Numbered from the stretch's first letter, positions 1 through 12,315 are shown. The stretch is DNA of 27,553 nucleotides from Candidatus Eiseniibacteriota bacterium (GCA_046598045.1 JBKJJJ010000033.1:1-27553); one strand, 5' to 3'. Notes: generated by a model from the letters alone, not told the origin. Made by a program: numbers and translations.

Positions 1-1
1 C

Positions 2-679
2 AAGCGCTTCGGCATCGCGCTCTACGCGATGCCGACCAGCCTGTCGCTCAAGGACTTCAATCGCAGCGTCGACGGGCTGAACGAGTTCACCGCCGCCCAG
101 AATCTCGCGCCCATCGGCAGGGTCAAATGGGCCGGGCAGTTCGGCCTCGAGGGCCGTTTCCAGGCGACGCACCACTGGATGATCGTGGCCGGCTTCGGCC
201 AGATCAAGAAGCGGTCGAAGCTCGACCTGCTCCCGCAGGTCGGCCAGCGCATCGTGGTCAACGCGAGTATCCTCACCGTGCCGGAGAACCTCGGCGTCGA
301 TTACTACTTCAGCCCCAAGACCAGCGGGGATTTCACGCTCCGTCCGTTTGTCGGGGGTGGCCTGATCCGCCTGGTCGAGACCAAGGCCAAGCTCGGTGGC
401 GAGGCCGTGCTCGCGGACACGACGTTCGGATCGTTCTCACGCCCCCAGGGCGAGGGCGGCGGTTTCTACGCCGAGGGCGGCATCCACATGATGTTCCCCT
501 CGAAGTACTCGGTGATCCTCAACGGCATGTATCGCCGAGCCAAGGCCAGCCGCGTCTACGAGGAGACGACCAACCAGCTGCTGTACAACCTGGACGGGTC
601 GCCGTACGCGCTCGACGTGTCGGGGTTCGGCCTCCGGTTCGCATTCCAGATCAACTTCTTCGGCAAGCCGCTGCCCTAG
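2..679 (+). CDS. Outer-membrane beta-barrel-like protein (5'-partial)
   Basis: Frame is open from position 2 (KRFGIALYAMPT...). Alternating amphipathic strands (LRPFVGGGL, GFYAEGGIHM, SGFGLRFAFQINFF) are typical of small OM barrels. Stop TAG at 677-679. Confidence 0.65.
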   Translation, partial: KRFGIALYAMPTSLSLKDFNRSVDGLNEFTAAQNLAPIGRVKWAGQFGLEGRFQATHHWMIVAGFGQIKKRSKLDLLPQVGQRIVVNASILTVPENLGVDYYFSPKTSGDFTLRPFVGGGLIRLVETKAKLGGEAVLADTTFGSFSRPQGEGGGFYAEGGIHMMFPSKYSVILNGMYRRAKASRVYEETTNQLLYNLDGSPYALDVSGFGLRFAFQINFFGKPLP

Positions 680-706
680 CCTTCCCGGTCGCAGGTGACC
701 GCGGAC

Positions 707-745
707 GAAGCAGGGCCCGGGTTCCCTCGAACCCGGGCCCTCTTC
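707..745. terminator. Strong hairpin between convergent genes, probable bidirectional terminator
   Basis: AGGGCCCGGGTTC (712-724) pairs with GAACCCGGGCCCT (729-741), 4-nt loop, extended by GAAG/CTTC. No clear U-tract. Confidence 0.65.
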
Positions 746-760
746 ATGACTCCGCCGGCC

Positions 761-2890
761 TCAGAACTGAGAGAGCACCAGCTTCACCACCTGCGTGCGG
801 CCGGCGCCCTGGAGCCGGGCGAAGTAGACGCCCGGCGCGACCGTCGCACCCGACGCCGCATTGCGTGCCCAGGCGAACTCGACCGGGCCCGGCGGAACGA
901 ATCCATCGAACACCGAGTTCACGCGCCGACCCGCCGCGTCGAACACGTCCAGCCGCACCTGCGCTCCTCGCGCGAGGGCAAATGCGAGCCGTAGCGGTCC
1001 CGAGGAGGGGTTGGGCGAGGCCGAGAGCGCGATTCCAGGTTCCGGTTGCCCGCGCCCGACCACGTCGACGCGAATCGGGCCGATCACGCCCTCGACGCCG
1101 CCGCATGACCGCGCCCCGAGCCAGTACGTGGCGAGCGGGCCCACGGGGTCCGGGTCGACGAACCGGAAGCGCACAACGTCCCCCTCCGGCGGCAACACGG
1201 TCTCGCCGCCGAGTTCGACACGGGATCCATCCGCCGCATCGCGATAAACGGCGAAGCCATCGAGGTGGGCGTGCAGGTCGGTCGACCAGTCGAGGACCAC
1301 GCCCGCGTCGCCGACCGAGCTCGTCACCTCGCGCAGGGCGGAAAGCGGGAAGGTGTGCTCGAGCGGATTCTCGCCGGAATCATCCGCCTCGTGCAGCGGT
1401 GCGGTCGATGCCGCCGCCAGCACCGGTGTCGTCCCCGCCGCAGGCAGGTAGTCGTAGGTGAACGCCATGTAGTCTCCCCGGCACGTGAAGCTCGAGTTGC
1501 GCGTGTTGGAGCGCACCCGCAGGCGCACTTCGCGGGTCGGCGAGACGTAAGCCGCGGGCGAGGCCGTGGTCCAGCTCTGGGTCACGTCGCTGGTGCTGAC
1601 CGTGCCGCTGGTCACCTGGACCCAGGCGCTCGTGGTCCAGTTCCACACGTAGAGCGTCTGCGTGCGGCTCACGGTGTAGTTGCCGTCGTACGTGACCGCC
1701 AGGTTGGTCGGATTCCCGCTCAGGAACACGGAGCCGTACCAGTCGGTGACGTACTTGGAATTCTCGATGCCGGCCGAGACCGAGACCCAGACCGCGTCGT
1801 TCGAGGCGAGGGAGGTCACGCTGCCGGTGCTGATCGAGCCCTTGAGCAGGGTCATGGTCGAGGCGACGAGCGTGTCGTGGATCGGAATCGGTCCGCCGCC
1901 GCCACCGCCGTTCGTGTACGTGTCGATGAAGCCCGGGCCCGAGACGGTGTAGGTCGCGGTTGCACCCGGGTCGGCCTGAATGACAATCGTGCCGTTCGCG
2001 ACCCGATCCCACAACGGGTCCGGGGCGCCGCCGGCGCCGGTCTCGTTCCAGTACGTCTTGACGCTGTGCGCATGAAGCCGGCCAAGCGCTTCGGCGGTGG
2101 GGTGCCCGTACGTGTTCCCGTTGCCGCACTGGATGACGCCCACTTCAGGCTTGACCGCATTGAGCCAGTTGTCGTTCGAGGAGTAACGCGACCCGTGATG
2201 ATGGACCTTGTAGACCTCGACGTCGCCGACTTCGGGCCCGACGGTCGACTCGACGTCGTTGCCGCTGGTCACGCTGCCGGTGAGATCCCCGGCAATGACT
2301 TCGTCGAACGCCCCGTAACTCACGAGCGCGACGAGACTCTTCGCGTTCTCGTCGCTGCCGCTCGGGGAGTAGACCCCCGCTCCGTTCAGGTCGACGCACC
2401 GGATGCGCACCGGGTTTGCAGCGGCCGCGTCGAGCGTGACGATCTGCCCCTTGGCCATGGTGACGCGCTTACCACCAAGCGTGGTGACGTAGCTCGTGTA
2501 CGACGCGCTCGAGTAGGAGGATCCGCGATCGTACCCGGCCGTGCCGATCGTGATCCCGATCGCGGCCAAATCATCAATGCACCCGATGTGATCCGCGTGA
2601 TAGTGACTCGTGAAATGATAGTCCACCGTGGTGATACCGAGGCCCTGGAGGTAGCTCTTGATGTTCGTGCAATCGGTGTAGACACCATCATCGAACAGCG
2701 CCGTCTGTCCCAGCGGCGAGATCAGGAGCGTGCCGTCCCCCTGCCCGACGTCGACGTGGTGGATCTGGAGCTTGCCGTTGCCCAGGGCGAGCGCAGTGGC
2801 AGGGAGGAGGAGGGAGAGCAGCAGGGCGGCCAGACCGTGCCGTACCCGGGGGAGGGAAAATGCGGACCCGGAGAGCGGGAAGCATTGCAT
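761..2890 (-). CDS. Secreted ComEC/Rec2-like metallo-beta-lactamase-fold hydrolase with C-terminal FlgD-Ig/T9SS-CTD-like domain
   Basis: Signal peptide (LLLSLLLPATALA). MBL motifs DVGQGD, SHYHADHIG, DEN, GDLTG, HHHGS, YGHP. Poly-Gly linker. C-terminal SPNPS...VFDAAGRRV...PGVYFARL. GAGGAG RBS upstream of ATG 2890. Confidence 0.85.
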   Translation of the reverse strand: MQCFPLSGSAFSLPRVRHGLAALLLSLLLPATALALGNGKLQIHHVDVGQGDGTLLISPLGQTALFDDGVYTDCTNIKSYLQGLGITTVDYHFTSHYHADHIGCIDDLAAIGITIGTAGYDRGSSYSSASYTSYVTTLGGKRVTMAKGQIVTLDAAAANPVRIRCVDLNGAGVYSPSGSDENAKSLVALVSYGAFDEVIAGDLTGSVTSGNDVESTVGPEVGDVEVYKVHHHGSRYSSNDNWLNAVKPEVGVIQCGNGNTYGHPTAEALGRLHAHSVKTYWNETGAGGAPDPLWDRVANGTIVIQADPGATATYTVSGPGFIDTYTNGGGGGGPIPIHDTLVASTMTLLKGSISTGSVTSLASNDAVWVSVSAGIENSKYVTDWYGSVFLSGNPTNLAVTYDGNYTVSRTQTLYVWNWTTSAWVQVTSGTVSTSDVTQSWTTASPAAYVSPTREVRLRVRSNTRNSSFTCRGDYMAFTYDYLPAAGTTPVLAAASTAPLHEADDSGENPLEHTFPLSALREVTSSVGDAGVVLDWSTDLHAHLDGFAVYRDAADGSRVELGGETVLPPEGDVVRFRFVDPDPVGPLATYWLGARSCGGVEGVIGPIRVDVVGRGQPEPGIALSASPNPSSGPLRLAFALARGAQVRLDVFDAAGRRVNSVFDGFVPPGPVEFAWARNAASGATVAPGVYFARLQGAGRTQVVKLVLSQF

Positions 2891-3000
2891 GGGGGCTCCT
2901 CTTGAATCCTATGTGGGCGAGGGGCGGCATGTCCCCCTGCCGGGATGTCAAAGCGCAGGTGCTCTGCAATGGACGCGGGATGAGGCTCCGCGAGACCTGT

Positions 3001-5608
<2,608 letters not shown>

Positions 5609-5618
5609 GAACGACGCC

Positions 5619-6314
5619 ATGACCGACCGACTCGACCCCGACGCCCCGCGCCCGACGCCCAAGGCGCCCGTCTCCGCCGCGGAGCACCTCTCCGCCGAGG
5701 CTGGCGGGCTGCTCATGCGCTGGCTCGACGGCGAGGTGTCGGCGCCCGAGCGCGCGCGGGTCACGGCCCACCTGGCGACCTGCCCGGCCTGCGTGCGCGA
5801 GGTGCGGGTCTATCGCGCCCTGTTCCGGGGCGTCTCGCGGCTGCCGGCCCGCCGCCCGCCGGCCTACCTCGCGGCCCGCATCACGGCGGCCGCGCTCGCC
5901 GATCGCCGCTTACGCCGGCGCTTCCGCTTGCTCGAGGCTTTCGGCTCCGCCTATGCCGCCACCGCGGTTGCGATCGTGATCGCGCTCGGCCTCTCGCCCT
6001 GGCGTGGCGATGTCCTTGCCGGCGCGCGCACGGTGCTCGGCGCCGCGGTCTCGGGCACGGTCAATGCGTTCGTCACGGCGTTCGACCGGCTGATGTGGCT
6101 GTTCGACGGCGCGGTTCGCCTGCGCGAGGGCGCGCACGCGCTGTCCCAGACTCTGGCTCCCCTCGGGCGTTCGCTCGAGCTGCTTGCGGCACAACCCGAA
6201 CTGCGCGCCGGCATGTCCGTCGCGCTCGTGCTCACGACCGCGCTCTGGTGGTTCATTCAACACCGCCGCGTCGAAGGGCCGGGGAGGATCCATGATGTCA
6301 GCGCATTCCTTTGA
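5619..6314 (+). CDS. Zinc-finger (ZAS, zf-HC2) membrane anti-sigma factor
   Basis: WLDGEVS...HLATCPAC (HxxxCxxC) followed by TM segments, directly after the ECF gene. Confidence 0.88.
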   Translation: MTDRLDPDAPRPTPKAPVSAAEHLSAEAGGLLMRWLDGEVSAPERARVTAHLATCPACVREVRVYRALFRGVSRLPARRPPAYLAARITAAALADRRLRRRFRLLEAFGSAYAATAVAIVIALGLSPWRGDVLAGARTVLGAAVSGTVNAFVTAFDRLMWLFDGAVRLREGAHALSQTLAPLGRSLELLAAQPELRAGMSVALVLTTALWWFIQHRRVEGPGRIHDVSAFL

Positions 6315-7554
6315 TCGCTCCCTTCGCGCCGGCCTCCGCGCACTCGCCCTGATCGGCTTGCTTATCCCTACCCTCGTCGCGCAACCGGCCGACGCCCGAA
6401 CGCACGGCGCGATCCGGGTTTCGGGTTCGGGTTCCGGGGCCGACTCCACGGGCGATCGTGAGATCACGATCGACGACGAGGGGATCCGCATCACCGGCGA
6501 CGACCACAGCAAGGTGATCCTCCCCGGCGACCTGACCGGCAAGGGCGTCCACGGCGTGGTCGTGGGCGACGGCGACGTCGTCCGCATCCGGCGCATCACC
6601 GGCGACTCGTCCTCGACCATCCAGATCCACACCGGGGGCGACAACGAGATCGTCCAGTTCTTCAAGGACGTGCATGTCGAGAAGGGCCAGCAGGCCGGCA
6701 CGGTGGTCGCGATCCTCGGCAACGTGCGCAACGACGGGCTGATCTCGGGGGATTGCGTCTCGATCCTGGGCTCGATCGTGCAGGGCGACTCGGCGGTCAT
6801 CCAGGGCGAGGCGGTCACCATCGGCGGCGCCGTGCGCGCGGCCGGCAAGGGCGCGCGCGTCGAGGGCGAGACGGTCTCGATCGGATTCCTGCCGTTCGCC
6901 GGCTGGGCGGTGCCCTCGGTCGCGCTCCTGCTCCTGTTCGGCCTCCTCACGCTGCTGCTGTACGTGGTGCTGGCGGCGATCACCGGCCGGCTGTTCCCCG
7001 AGCGCCTCGTGCGCATCGCGGACACGATCTCCCAGCGCTCGTTCCTGTCGCTCGTGCTCGGGCTGCTGTCGATCCCGCTCGCGCTCATGCTCGGGCTGCT
7101 GCTCCTGGTGACCGTGATCGGGATTCCGCTCGCGATCCTGATGCCGTTCCTGTTCATCCTGGCGGCGTTCGTGGGCTACACGGCCTCGGTCTACCTGCTC
7201 GGCTCCAAGCTGCTCGGGCGCCGGACGGGCGTGGGCTCCGGCATGCTGGGCCCGATCGCGGCCGGGACCGCGTTCGTCACCGTGTTCTATGCCCTCGGCG
7301 TGCCGCTGATGTCGCTCGAAGGCACGGGCCGGGTGTTCGGCTTCGGCTTCCTCCTGCTCTGGCTGGTGATCGGGACCGTGTGCTGGATGATGGGCCTGGG
7401 TGCGCTCCTGCTCTCGCGCCTCGGCCAGGATCCGAATGCGCCGGTGTCGCGGGGCGCGCAGTGGGCCCCGGCTCCCCCGCCGCCCGCTCCACCGATCGTG
7501 CGCGCCGGGGGCGAGTCACCGCCCGCGCCGCCGTCGCCCGCTTCGACCACTTAG
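6292..7554 (+). CDS. Membrane protein with exported beta-helix (bactofilin/polymer-forming-like) repeats and a multi-TM C-terminus
   Basis: GGAGG RBS before ATG 6292. Signal-like N-terminus. Repeats such as GTVVAILGNVRNDG, GDCVSILGSIV and GEAVTIGGAV. Several hydrophobic helices and a Pro-rich tail. Confidence 0.75.
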   Translation: MMSAHSFDRSLRAGLRALALIGLLIPTLVAQPADARTHGAIRVSGSGSGADSTGDREITIDDEGIRITGDDHSKVILPGDLTGKGVHGVVVGDGDVVRIRRITGDSSSTIQIHTGGDNEIVQFFKDVHVEKGQQAGTVVAILGNVRNDGLISGDCVSILGSIVQGDSAVIQGEAVTIGGAVRAAGKGARVEGETVSIGFLPFAGWAVPSVALLLLFGLLTLLLYVVLAAITGRLFPERLVRIADTISQRSFLSLVLGLLSIPLALMLGLLLLVTVIGIPLAILMPFLFILAAFVGYTASVYLLGSKLLGRRTGVGSGMLGPIAAGTAFVTVFYALGVPLMSLEGTGRVFGFGFLLLWLVIGTVCWMMGLGALLLSRLGQDPNAPVSRGAQWAPAPPPPAPPIVRAGGESPPAPPSPASTT

Positions 7555-7558
7555 ATAC

Positions 7559-7645
7559 CCGCGCACACGCTGCGCGAATCTACCCAGCGAAGCCCCGGCG
7601 ATTGGGGGAACTCCCCCGATCCCGGGGCTTCGCGCGTGTGTGCGG
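7559..7645. terminator. Long imperfect inverted repeat after the ECF operon (terminator or stabiliser hairpin)
   Basis: GCGAAGCCCCGG (7587-7598) pairs with CCGGGGCTTCGC (7622-7633), inner GATTGGGGGA/TCCCCCGATC, outer CCGCGCACACGC (7559-7570)/GCGTGTGTGCGG (7634-7645). Confidence 0.55.
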
Positions 7646-7833
7646 ACAGGCGCCGCGCGCGGTCTCGCGCCCACCTCGCGCCGCGTGAGCGCAATTCACG
7701 AACCGCGCAAGCCCTTATCAAATCGTCACTTTCTCTCGCCCGCTCCGCGCACGTATGCGCCCGAGTCGCTCTCCGGAATGCGATCTCGCGTCCCCTCGCA
7801 TGGATGGCACGTTTCGTGATGTAGGGGAGTGGC

Positions 7834-8850
7834 ATGACCCGACGCTCCGCGCGTTCCCCCCTCGCTTTCGCGCTCGCAATCGGCGCGATGCTGAGCGGAG
7901 TCGGTCAGGTCGCTGCAGCGGTCCGCATCATCGGACCGGACGAGGTGCTGAAGCGCTATTGCCGGGCGGAGGGCGATCGACTTCGGTTGGTCGTGCCCGG
8001 GGTGGCGCCCCAGGAACTCGTCACGCGAGTGGACGATCCGATCATCGCGAATCGCGGGGACGGATCCTTCCACCCGGTCGATCCGAAGTTCGTCGCCGAC
8101 GCACTGGGCGGCATCGACTTCCCGGTCGACCAGGTGGACGCCGTGGTCTACGTGTTGCCGTATCCGAGACGGGCGGGTCTCGAGTCGGTGGCTGGCCCCG
8201 GCGCCATCTTTCTCGCACCCGGTGTGCGCCCGGTCGCAGAAGTGCAGGTTCACGCGACCGTGGCGCATGAGTTCGGCCACGTGGTGCAGTACCAGCTCGC
8301 CACGAGCGGAAGCCGGGCCTGGGCGGCCTATCTGCAAGTGCGCGGGCTGCCGGCCGCGGGGCGCGACACCGACGCCCTCGCTCACGCCGACAACCCGCGC
8401 GAGATCTTCGCCGAGGACTTTCGCGCGCTCTGTGGCTCCCCCCTGGCGCGCGCGAATGGCACCACTGAGAACGCACTGTTGGCGCCGCCACAGACGGTCG
8501 AGGGCCTGCAGGAGTTCCTCCTCGACCTTCCCGATCGCGCGCGCAGGGTCGCCACCGCGGAGCATGCGGTCGCGGTGTATCCGAATCCGTTCCGCATGGC
8601 CACGACCATCCAGTTCACCCCGCGCGCGGGGGCGGCTCTCTCGACCGCCGCACCCGTGCGCCAGATTCGCATCGTCGACGCGCGTGGCCGTATCGTGCGC
8701 CACGAAAGTGTCCCTGCCCTGGGCGATGGTTCAGCCTCCTGGCGGTGGGACGGCAGCGACGATCACGGGGGCCGGCTGGCGCCGGGCGCCTACTTCATGA
8801 GCAGCGACGGGCAGGTGAGTGGGGCGGCGCGAATCGTATTGGCGCACTAA
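7834..8850 (+). CDS. Secreted zincin-like metallopeptidase (HEXXH) with C-terminal FlgD-Ig/CTD-like domain
   Basis: Signal peptide, VAHEFGHVV plus downstream EIFAEDF, and C-terminal YPNPF...DARGRIVR...WDGSDDHGGRLAPGAYF. Confidence 0.8.
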   Translation: MTRRSARSPLAFALAIGAMLSGVGQVAAAVRIIGPDEVLKRYCRAEGDRLRLVVPGVAPQELVTRVDDPIIANRGDGSFHPVDPKFVADALGGIDFPVDQVDAVVYVLPYPRRAGLESVAGPGAIFLAPGVRPVAEVQVHATVAHEFGHVVQYQLATSGSRAWAAYLQVRGLPAAGRDTDALAHADNPREIFAEDFRALCGSPLARANGTTENALLAPPQTVEGLQEFLLDLPDRARRVATAEHAVAVYPNPFRMATTIQFTPRAGAALSTAAPVRQIRIVDARGRIVRHESVPALGDGSASWRWDGSDDHGGRLAPGAYFMSSDGQVSGAARIVLAH

Positions 8851-8892
8851 TTCGAGGATCGTCGGGATCAGGTGGGCGCGCCGCCCCCTTCT

Positions 8893-8928
8893 ACCCTCCG
8901 GGGAGCTTCCCGGAGGGTCTTTTTCTTT
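8893..8928 (+). terminator. Intrinsic terminator
   Basis: ACCCTCCGGGGA-GC-TTCCCGGAGGGT hairpin followed by CTTTTTCTTT. Confidence 0.85.
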
Positions 8929-8967
8929 CCGAATGCCCCTCCCCGGATGCGGCATCCTATTAAGACC

Positions 8968-9876
8968 ATGCCCGGCGCCACCTTACTCACCGCCCTCGTC
9001 GGCGGCACCCCGCTGCTCGAGCTCTCGGTCCTGTCTCCGCGGCCCGGGGTCAGGATCCTCGGCAAGTGCGAGTGGTTCAACCCTGGCGGCTCGGTCAAGG
9101 ACCGCCCCGCGCTCTGGATGGTCAGGGACGGCGAGGCGAGCGGCCGCCTCAGGCAGGGCATGACGATCCTCGAGGCCACCAGCGGCAACACCGGGATCGG
9201 GCTCGCCTGGATCGGAGCCGCGCTCGGTTACCCGGTCACGATCTGCCTGCCCGCGAACGCCAGCCCCGAGCGCCGGGCCGCACTCCTGGCCTACGGGGCG
9301 ACGCTGGTCGAGACCGATCCCATGCTCGGCACCGACGGCGCGATCCTCGAGGCCCGGCGCCGCGCGGCGGAGGATCCGGTGGGGGTTTTCCATCCCGACC
9401 AGTATGCGAATCCGGCGAACGAGCAGGCGCACTACGACGGAACCGGCCCCGAGATCCTCGCGCAGACGAACGGAGGGGTGACCCACCTCGTCGCCGGGCT
9501 CGGCACGGGTGGTACGCTGATGGGCGCGGGGCGGCGGCTCAAGGAGGCGCGTCCCGGGGTTGTGCGCGTCGGCGTCCAGCCTGACCAGCCGCTGCACGGG
9601 CTCGAGGGGCTCAAGCACATGGCGAGCGCGCTCGTGCCGGCGATCTACGATCCCTCTGCGGTGGACGAGCAGCGCACGGTCTCGACCGAGGCGGCGCAGG
9701 CGATGTGCCGCCGCGCGGCGCGCGAGCTGGGCGCGTGGATCGGCGTCTCGGCCGGGGCCGCGCTCGCAGCGGCGGTCGAGCTGGCGCGGCCGCTCGATAC
9801 GGCGACGATCGTGGTGGTGCTGTGCGACAGCGGCGCGCGCTACGCGAGCGACCGCTTCTGGCAGGAGGGGGCATGA
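8968..9876 (+). CDS. cysM: PLP-dependent cysteine synthase (CysM-type)
   Basis: KCEWFNPGGSVKDR (PLP lysine), EATSGNTGIG, DQYANPAN, GLGTGGT. First gene of a mec/cysO/moeZ-type cluster. Confidence 0.88.
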   Translation: MPGATLLTALVGGTPLLELSVLSPRPGVRILGKCEWFNPGGSVKDRPALWMVRDGEASGRLRQGMTILEATSGNTGIGLAWIGAALGYPVTICLPANASPERRAALLAYGATLVETDPMLGTDGAILEARRRAAEDPVGVFHPDQYANPANEQAHYDGTGPEILAQTNGGVTHLVAGLGTGGTLMGAGRRLKEARPGVVRVGVQPDQPLHGLEGLKHMASALVPAIYDPSAVDEQRTVSTEAAQAMCRRAARELGAWIGVSAGAALAAAVELARPLDTATIVVVLCDSGARYASDRFWQEGA

Positions 9877-10295
9877 GCGGGGCGCTCAGCCTGCCGAAGG
9901 CGATCCTCGAGGCGATCCGCGCCCACGGGCGCGAGACCTACCCGCACGAGTGTTGCGGCTTCCTGCTCGGCGTCCCGGGCGCGGGCAGCGCGAGCGAACT
10001 GGTCAGGGCGTCGAACGCGCGCGAGGACTCGCCGCAGAATCGGTACCTGATCCCGCCCGTGGAGTTCGTGCGCACACAGCGCGATGCCGACCAGCGCGGG
10101 CTCGACATCGTGGGCTTCTATCATTCGCACCCGGACCACCCGGCGAAGCCGAGTGCGTTCGACCAGGACCATGCGTGGCCCGGATACGCCTACCTGATCG
10201 CGGAGGTCCGGAGCGGGGAAGCGCGTGAGTTGCGCGGCTTCCGGCTCGACGAGGTGGGTGGTCCATTCCGGGAAATTCCCCTCGAGGAGGCTTGA
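9873..10295 (+). CDS. mec: JAMM/MPN+ (M67) metallopeptidase, Mec-like
   Basis: YPHECCGFLLG and GFYHSHPDHPAKPSAFD JAMM motif. ATGA overlap with cysM. Confidence 0.9.
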   Translation: MSGALSLPKAILEAIRAHGRETYPHECCGFLLGVPGAGSASELVRASNAREDSPQNRYLIPPVEFVRTQRDADQRGLDIVGFYHSHPDHPAKPSAFDQDHAWPGYAYLIAEVRSGEARELRGFRLDEVGGPFREIPLEEA

Positions 10296-10296
10296 G

Positions 10297-11787
10297 ATGG
10301 CGGTGAAGGTGTTCCTGCCCGGTCCGTTGCGCGCGCACTTCGACGGCGCGTCGTCGATCGAGGTCGAGGCGAAGGACGTCGCAGGCGCGCTCGCGGCGCT
10401 GGTCGCGCTCGCGCCCGCGCTCGGGCCCCAGTTGCTCGCCAGCGACGGGGCATTGCGCTCGTACGTCAACGTGTACGTCAACGACGACGACGTGCGCGGC
10501 CGGGGCGGCCTCGCCACGGAGCTCGAGGCCGGCGACACGCTCTCGATCGTCCCCTCGATCGCGGGGGGAGCGGACTCGGGCGAGGCCTCGAAGCTCGCGG
10601 CCGCGCAGGCCGCGATGCGGCACGCCGGCCGGGCCGAGTTGCCGCTCAGCAACGAGGAGGTGCGGCGCTACAGCCGCCACCTCATCCTCCCCGACGTCGG
10701 GCTCGCCGGCCAGGTCAAGCTCAAGCACGCGCGCGTGCTCTTGATCGGCGTCGGCGGCCTCGGGTCGCCGCTCGCGCTCTATCTTGCCGCGGCGGGCGTC
10801 GGCACGCTCGGGCTGGTCGACGCCGACGTGGTGGACGAGACCAACCTGCAGCGCCAGGTGATCCACGGCACGAAGGACGTCGGCCGGCCCAAGCTCGACT
10901 CGGCCGAGGACCGCTTGCGCGACGTCAACCCGAACGTGAAGATCGAGAAGCACCCGGTCATGCTCAGCTCGGCGAACGCGCTCGAGCTGTTTCGGCAGTA
11001 CGACCTCGTCGCCGACGGCACGGACAACTTTCCGACGCGCTACCTCGTGAACGACGCGTGCGTGCTCACCGGCAAGCCGAACGTATACGGCTCGATCTTC
11101 CGCTTCGAGGGGCAGGCCTCCGTGTTCGCGATGCCGGACGGCCCGTGCTACCGCTGCCTCTACCCCGAGCCGCCGCCGCCGGGGCTCGTGCCCTCGTGCG
11201 CCGAGGGCGGCGTGCTCGGCATCCTGCCCGGCGTGGTCGGGCTGCTGCAGGCGACCGAGGTGGTCAAGCTCATCCTCGGAATCGGCCGGCCGCTCGCCGG
11301 GCGCCTGCTGCTGTTCGACGCGCTCGAGATGAGCTTTCGTGAGCTCAAGTTGCGCAAGGACCCGCATTGCCCCGTGTGCGGAGCCAACCCCACGGTGCGA
11401 GAGCTGATCGACTACCAGGTGTTCTGCGGCATAGATCCCGAGCACGACGTTCCCGCCGGCGAGCAGCGCACGATCAGCCCCGCGGCGCTCAAGGCCCGGC
11501 TCGACGCGGGCGAGGACGTGGGGATCGTCGACGTGCGCGAGCCGCAGGAGTTCGAGCTCTGCAGCCTCCCGGGCGCGCGCCTGATTCCGCTCGGCGAGCT
11601 GCCCGTGCGCTTGAGCGAACTGGACTCGGCGCGCGAGTTCGTGATCCACTGCCGCACGGGCAAGCGCTCGGCGCAGGCGATCGAGCTCCTCGCGCAATCC
11701 GGTTTCTCGCGCGCGCGCCTCCTGAACCTCGAAGGCGGGATCGACGCCTGGGCGCGCGACGTGGACCCGGCGATGCCGCGCTACTGA
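10297..11787 (+). CDS. moeB: Fusion of ubiquitin-like sulfur carrier (MoaD/CysO) + MoeB/E1 adenylyltransferase + rhodanese (MoeZ-like)
   Basis: N-terminal MAVKVFLPGPLR...VNVYVNDDDVR...IVPSIAGG (Ubl), then RYSRHLIL, GVGGLGS, NLQRQ, CYRC/CPVC zinc site, SCAEGG and the rhodanese loop HCRTGKRS. Confidence 0.92.
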   Translation: MAVKVFLPGPLRAHFDGASSIEVEAKDVAGALAALVALAPALGPQLLASDGALRSYVNVYVNDDDVRGRGGLATELEAGDTLSIVPSIAGGADSGEASKLAAAQAAMRHAGRAELPLSNEEVRRYSRHLILPDVGLAGQVKLKHARVLLIGVGGLGSPLALYLAAAGVGTLGLVDADVVDETNLQRQVIHGTKDVGRPKLDSAEDRLRDVNPNVKIEKHPVMLSSANALELFRQYDLVADGTDNFPTRYLVNDACVLTGKPNVYGSIFRFEGQASVFAMPDGPCYRCLYPEPPPPGLVPSCAEGGVLGILPGVVGLLQATEVVKLILGIGRPLAGRLLLFDALEMSFRELKLRKDPHCPVCGANPTVRELIDYQVFCGIDPEHDVPAGEQRTISPAALKARLDAGEDVGIVDVREPQEFELCSLPGARLIPLGELPVRLSELDSAREFVIHCRTGKRSAQAIELLAQSGFSRARLLNLEGGIDAWARDVDPAMPRY

Positions 11788-11932
11788 CCCGCTCCCGGAG
11801 CGCCACGGTCCCCGGGGCCCGGATCCGCGCGAGTATCGCTTGACCGACCCTCGCATGAGACCGATGGTCCAAGCTCCGGCGCCGCCGACTTCCTCGGCGC
11901 GTTACGGAGAACGCACCACGGAGGATCAAGTC

Positions 11933-12190
11933 ATGGGTCTGCTCTGGACGCTGCTTATCGGTCTCGTCGCCGGCGCTCTCGCCAAGCTGATCATGCCCGG
12001 GAAGGACCCGGGCGGCTGGGTGATCACCATGGTGCTCGGCGTGGCCGGGTCGTTCGTCGGCACGTACCTCGGCCGGGCGATCGGCCATTACGGCGAGGAC
12101 CAGGGCGCGGGCTTCATCGCCTCGATCATCGGCGCGGTGATCCTGCTCGCGATCTACCGGCTCTTCAACAAGCCGAGGGCCGTGGCCTAG
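11933..12190 (+). CDS. GlsB/YeaQ/YmgE family (transglycosylase-associated) stress membrane protein
   Basis: IGLVAGALAKLIMPGKDPGG...LGVAGSFVG...SIIGAVILL, 85 aa, GGAGG RBS. Confidence 0.92.
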   Translation: MGLLWTLLIGLVAGALAKLIMPGKDPGGWVITMVLGVAGSFVGTYLGRAIGHYGEDQGAGFIASIIGAVILLAIYRLFNKPRAVA

Positions 12191-12214
12191 CGGCGCGCGC
12201 GGTTCATGGGATCG

Positions 12215-12253
12215 ACGGCCCCGGTGGAACTCCCGCCGGGGCCGTTGCGTTTT
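12215..12253 (+). terminator. Intrinsic terminator
   Basis: ACGGCCCCGGTGG/CCGCCGGGGCCGT 13-bp stem followed by TGCGTTTT. Confidence 0.75.
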
Positions 12254-12315
12254 GCGTTGCGCAGGGCTCCGCGGCGGCGGATTGCAACCCGGTGGCCGAA
12301 TCCCGCGCGCCACGA

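Noticed and set aside
8968..11787. Ubl/E1/JAB anti-phage conjugation system (CBASS Cap2/Cap3- or Bil-like)
   Set aside because: No E2 or cyclase. The presence of cysteine synthase and a rhodanese domain fits sulfur-relay cysteine biosynthesis.
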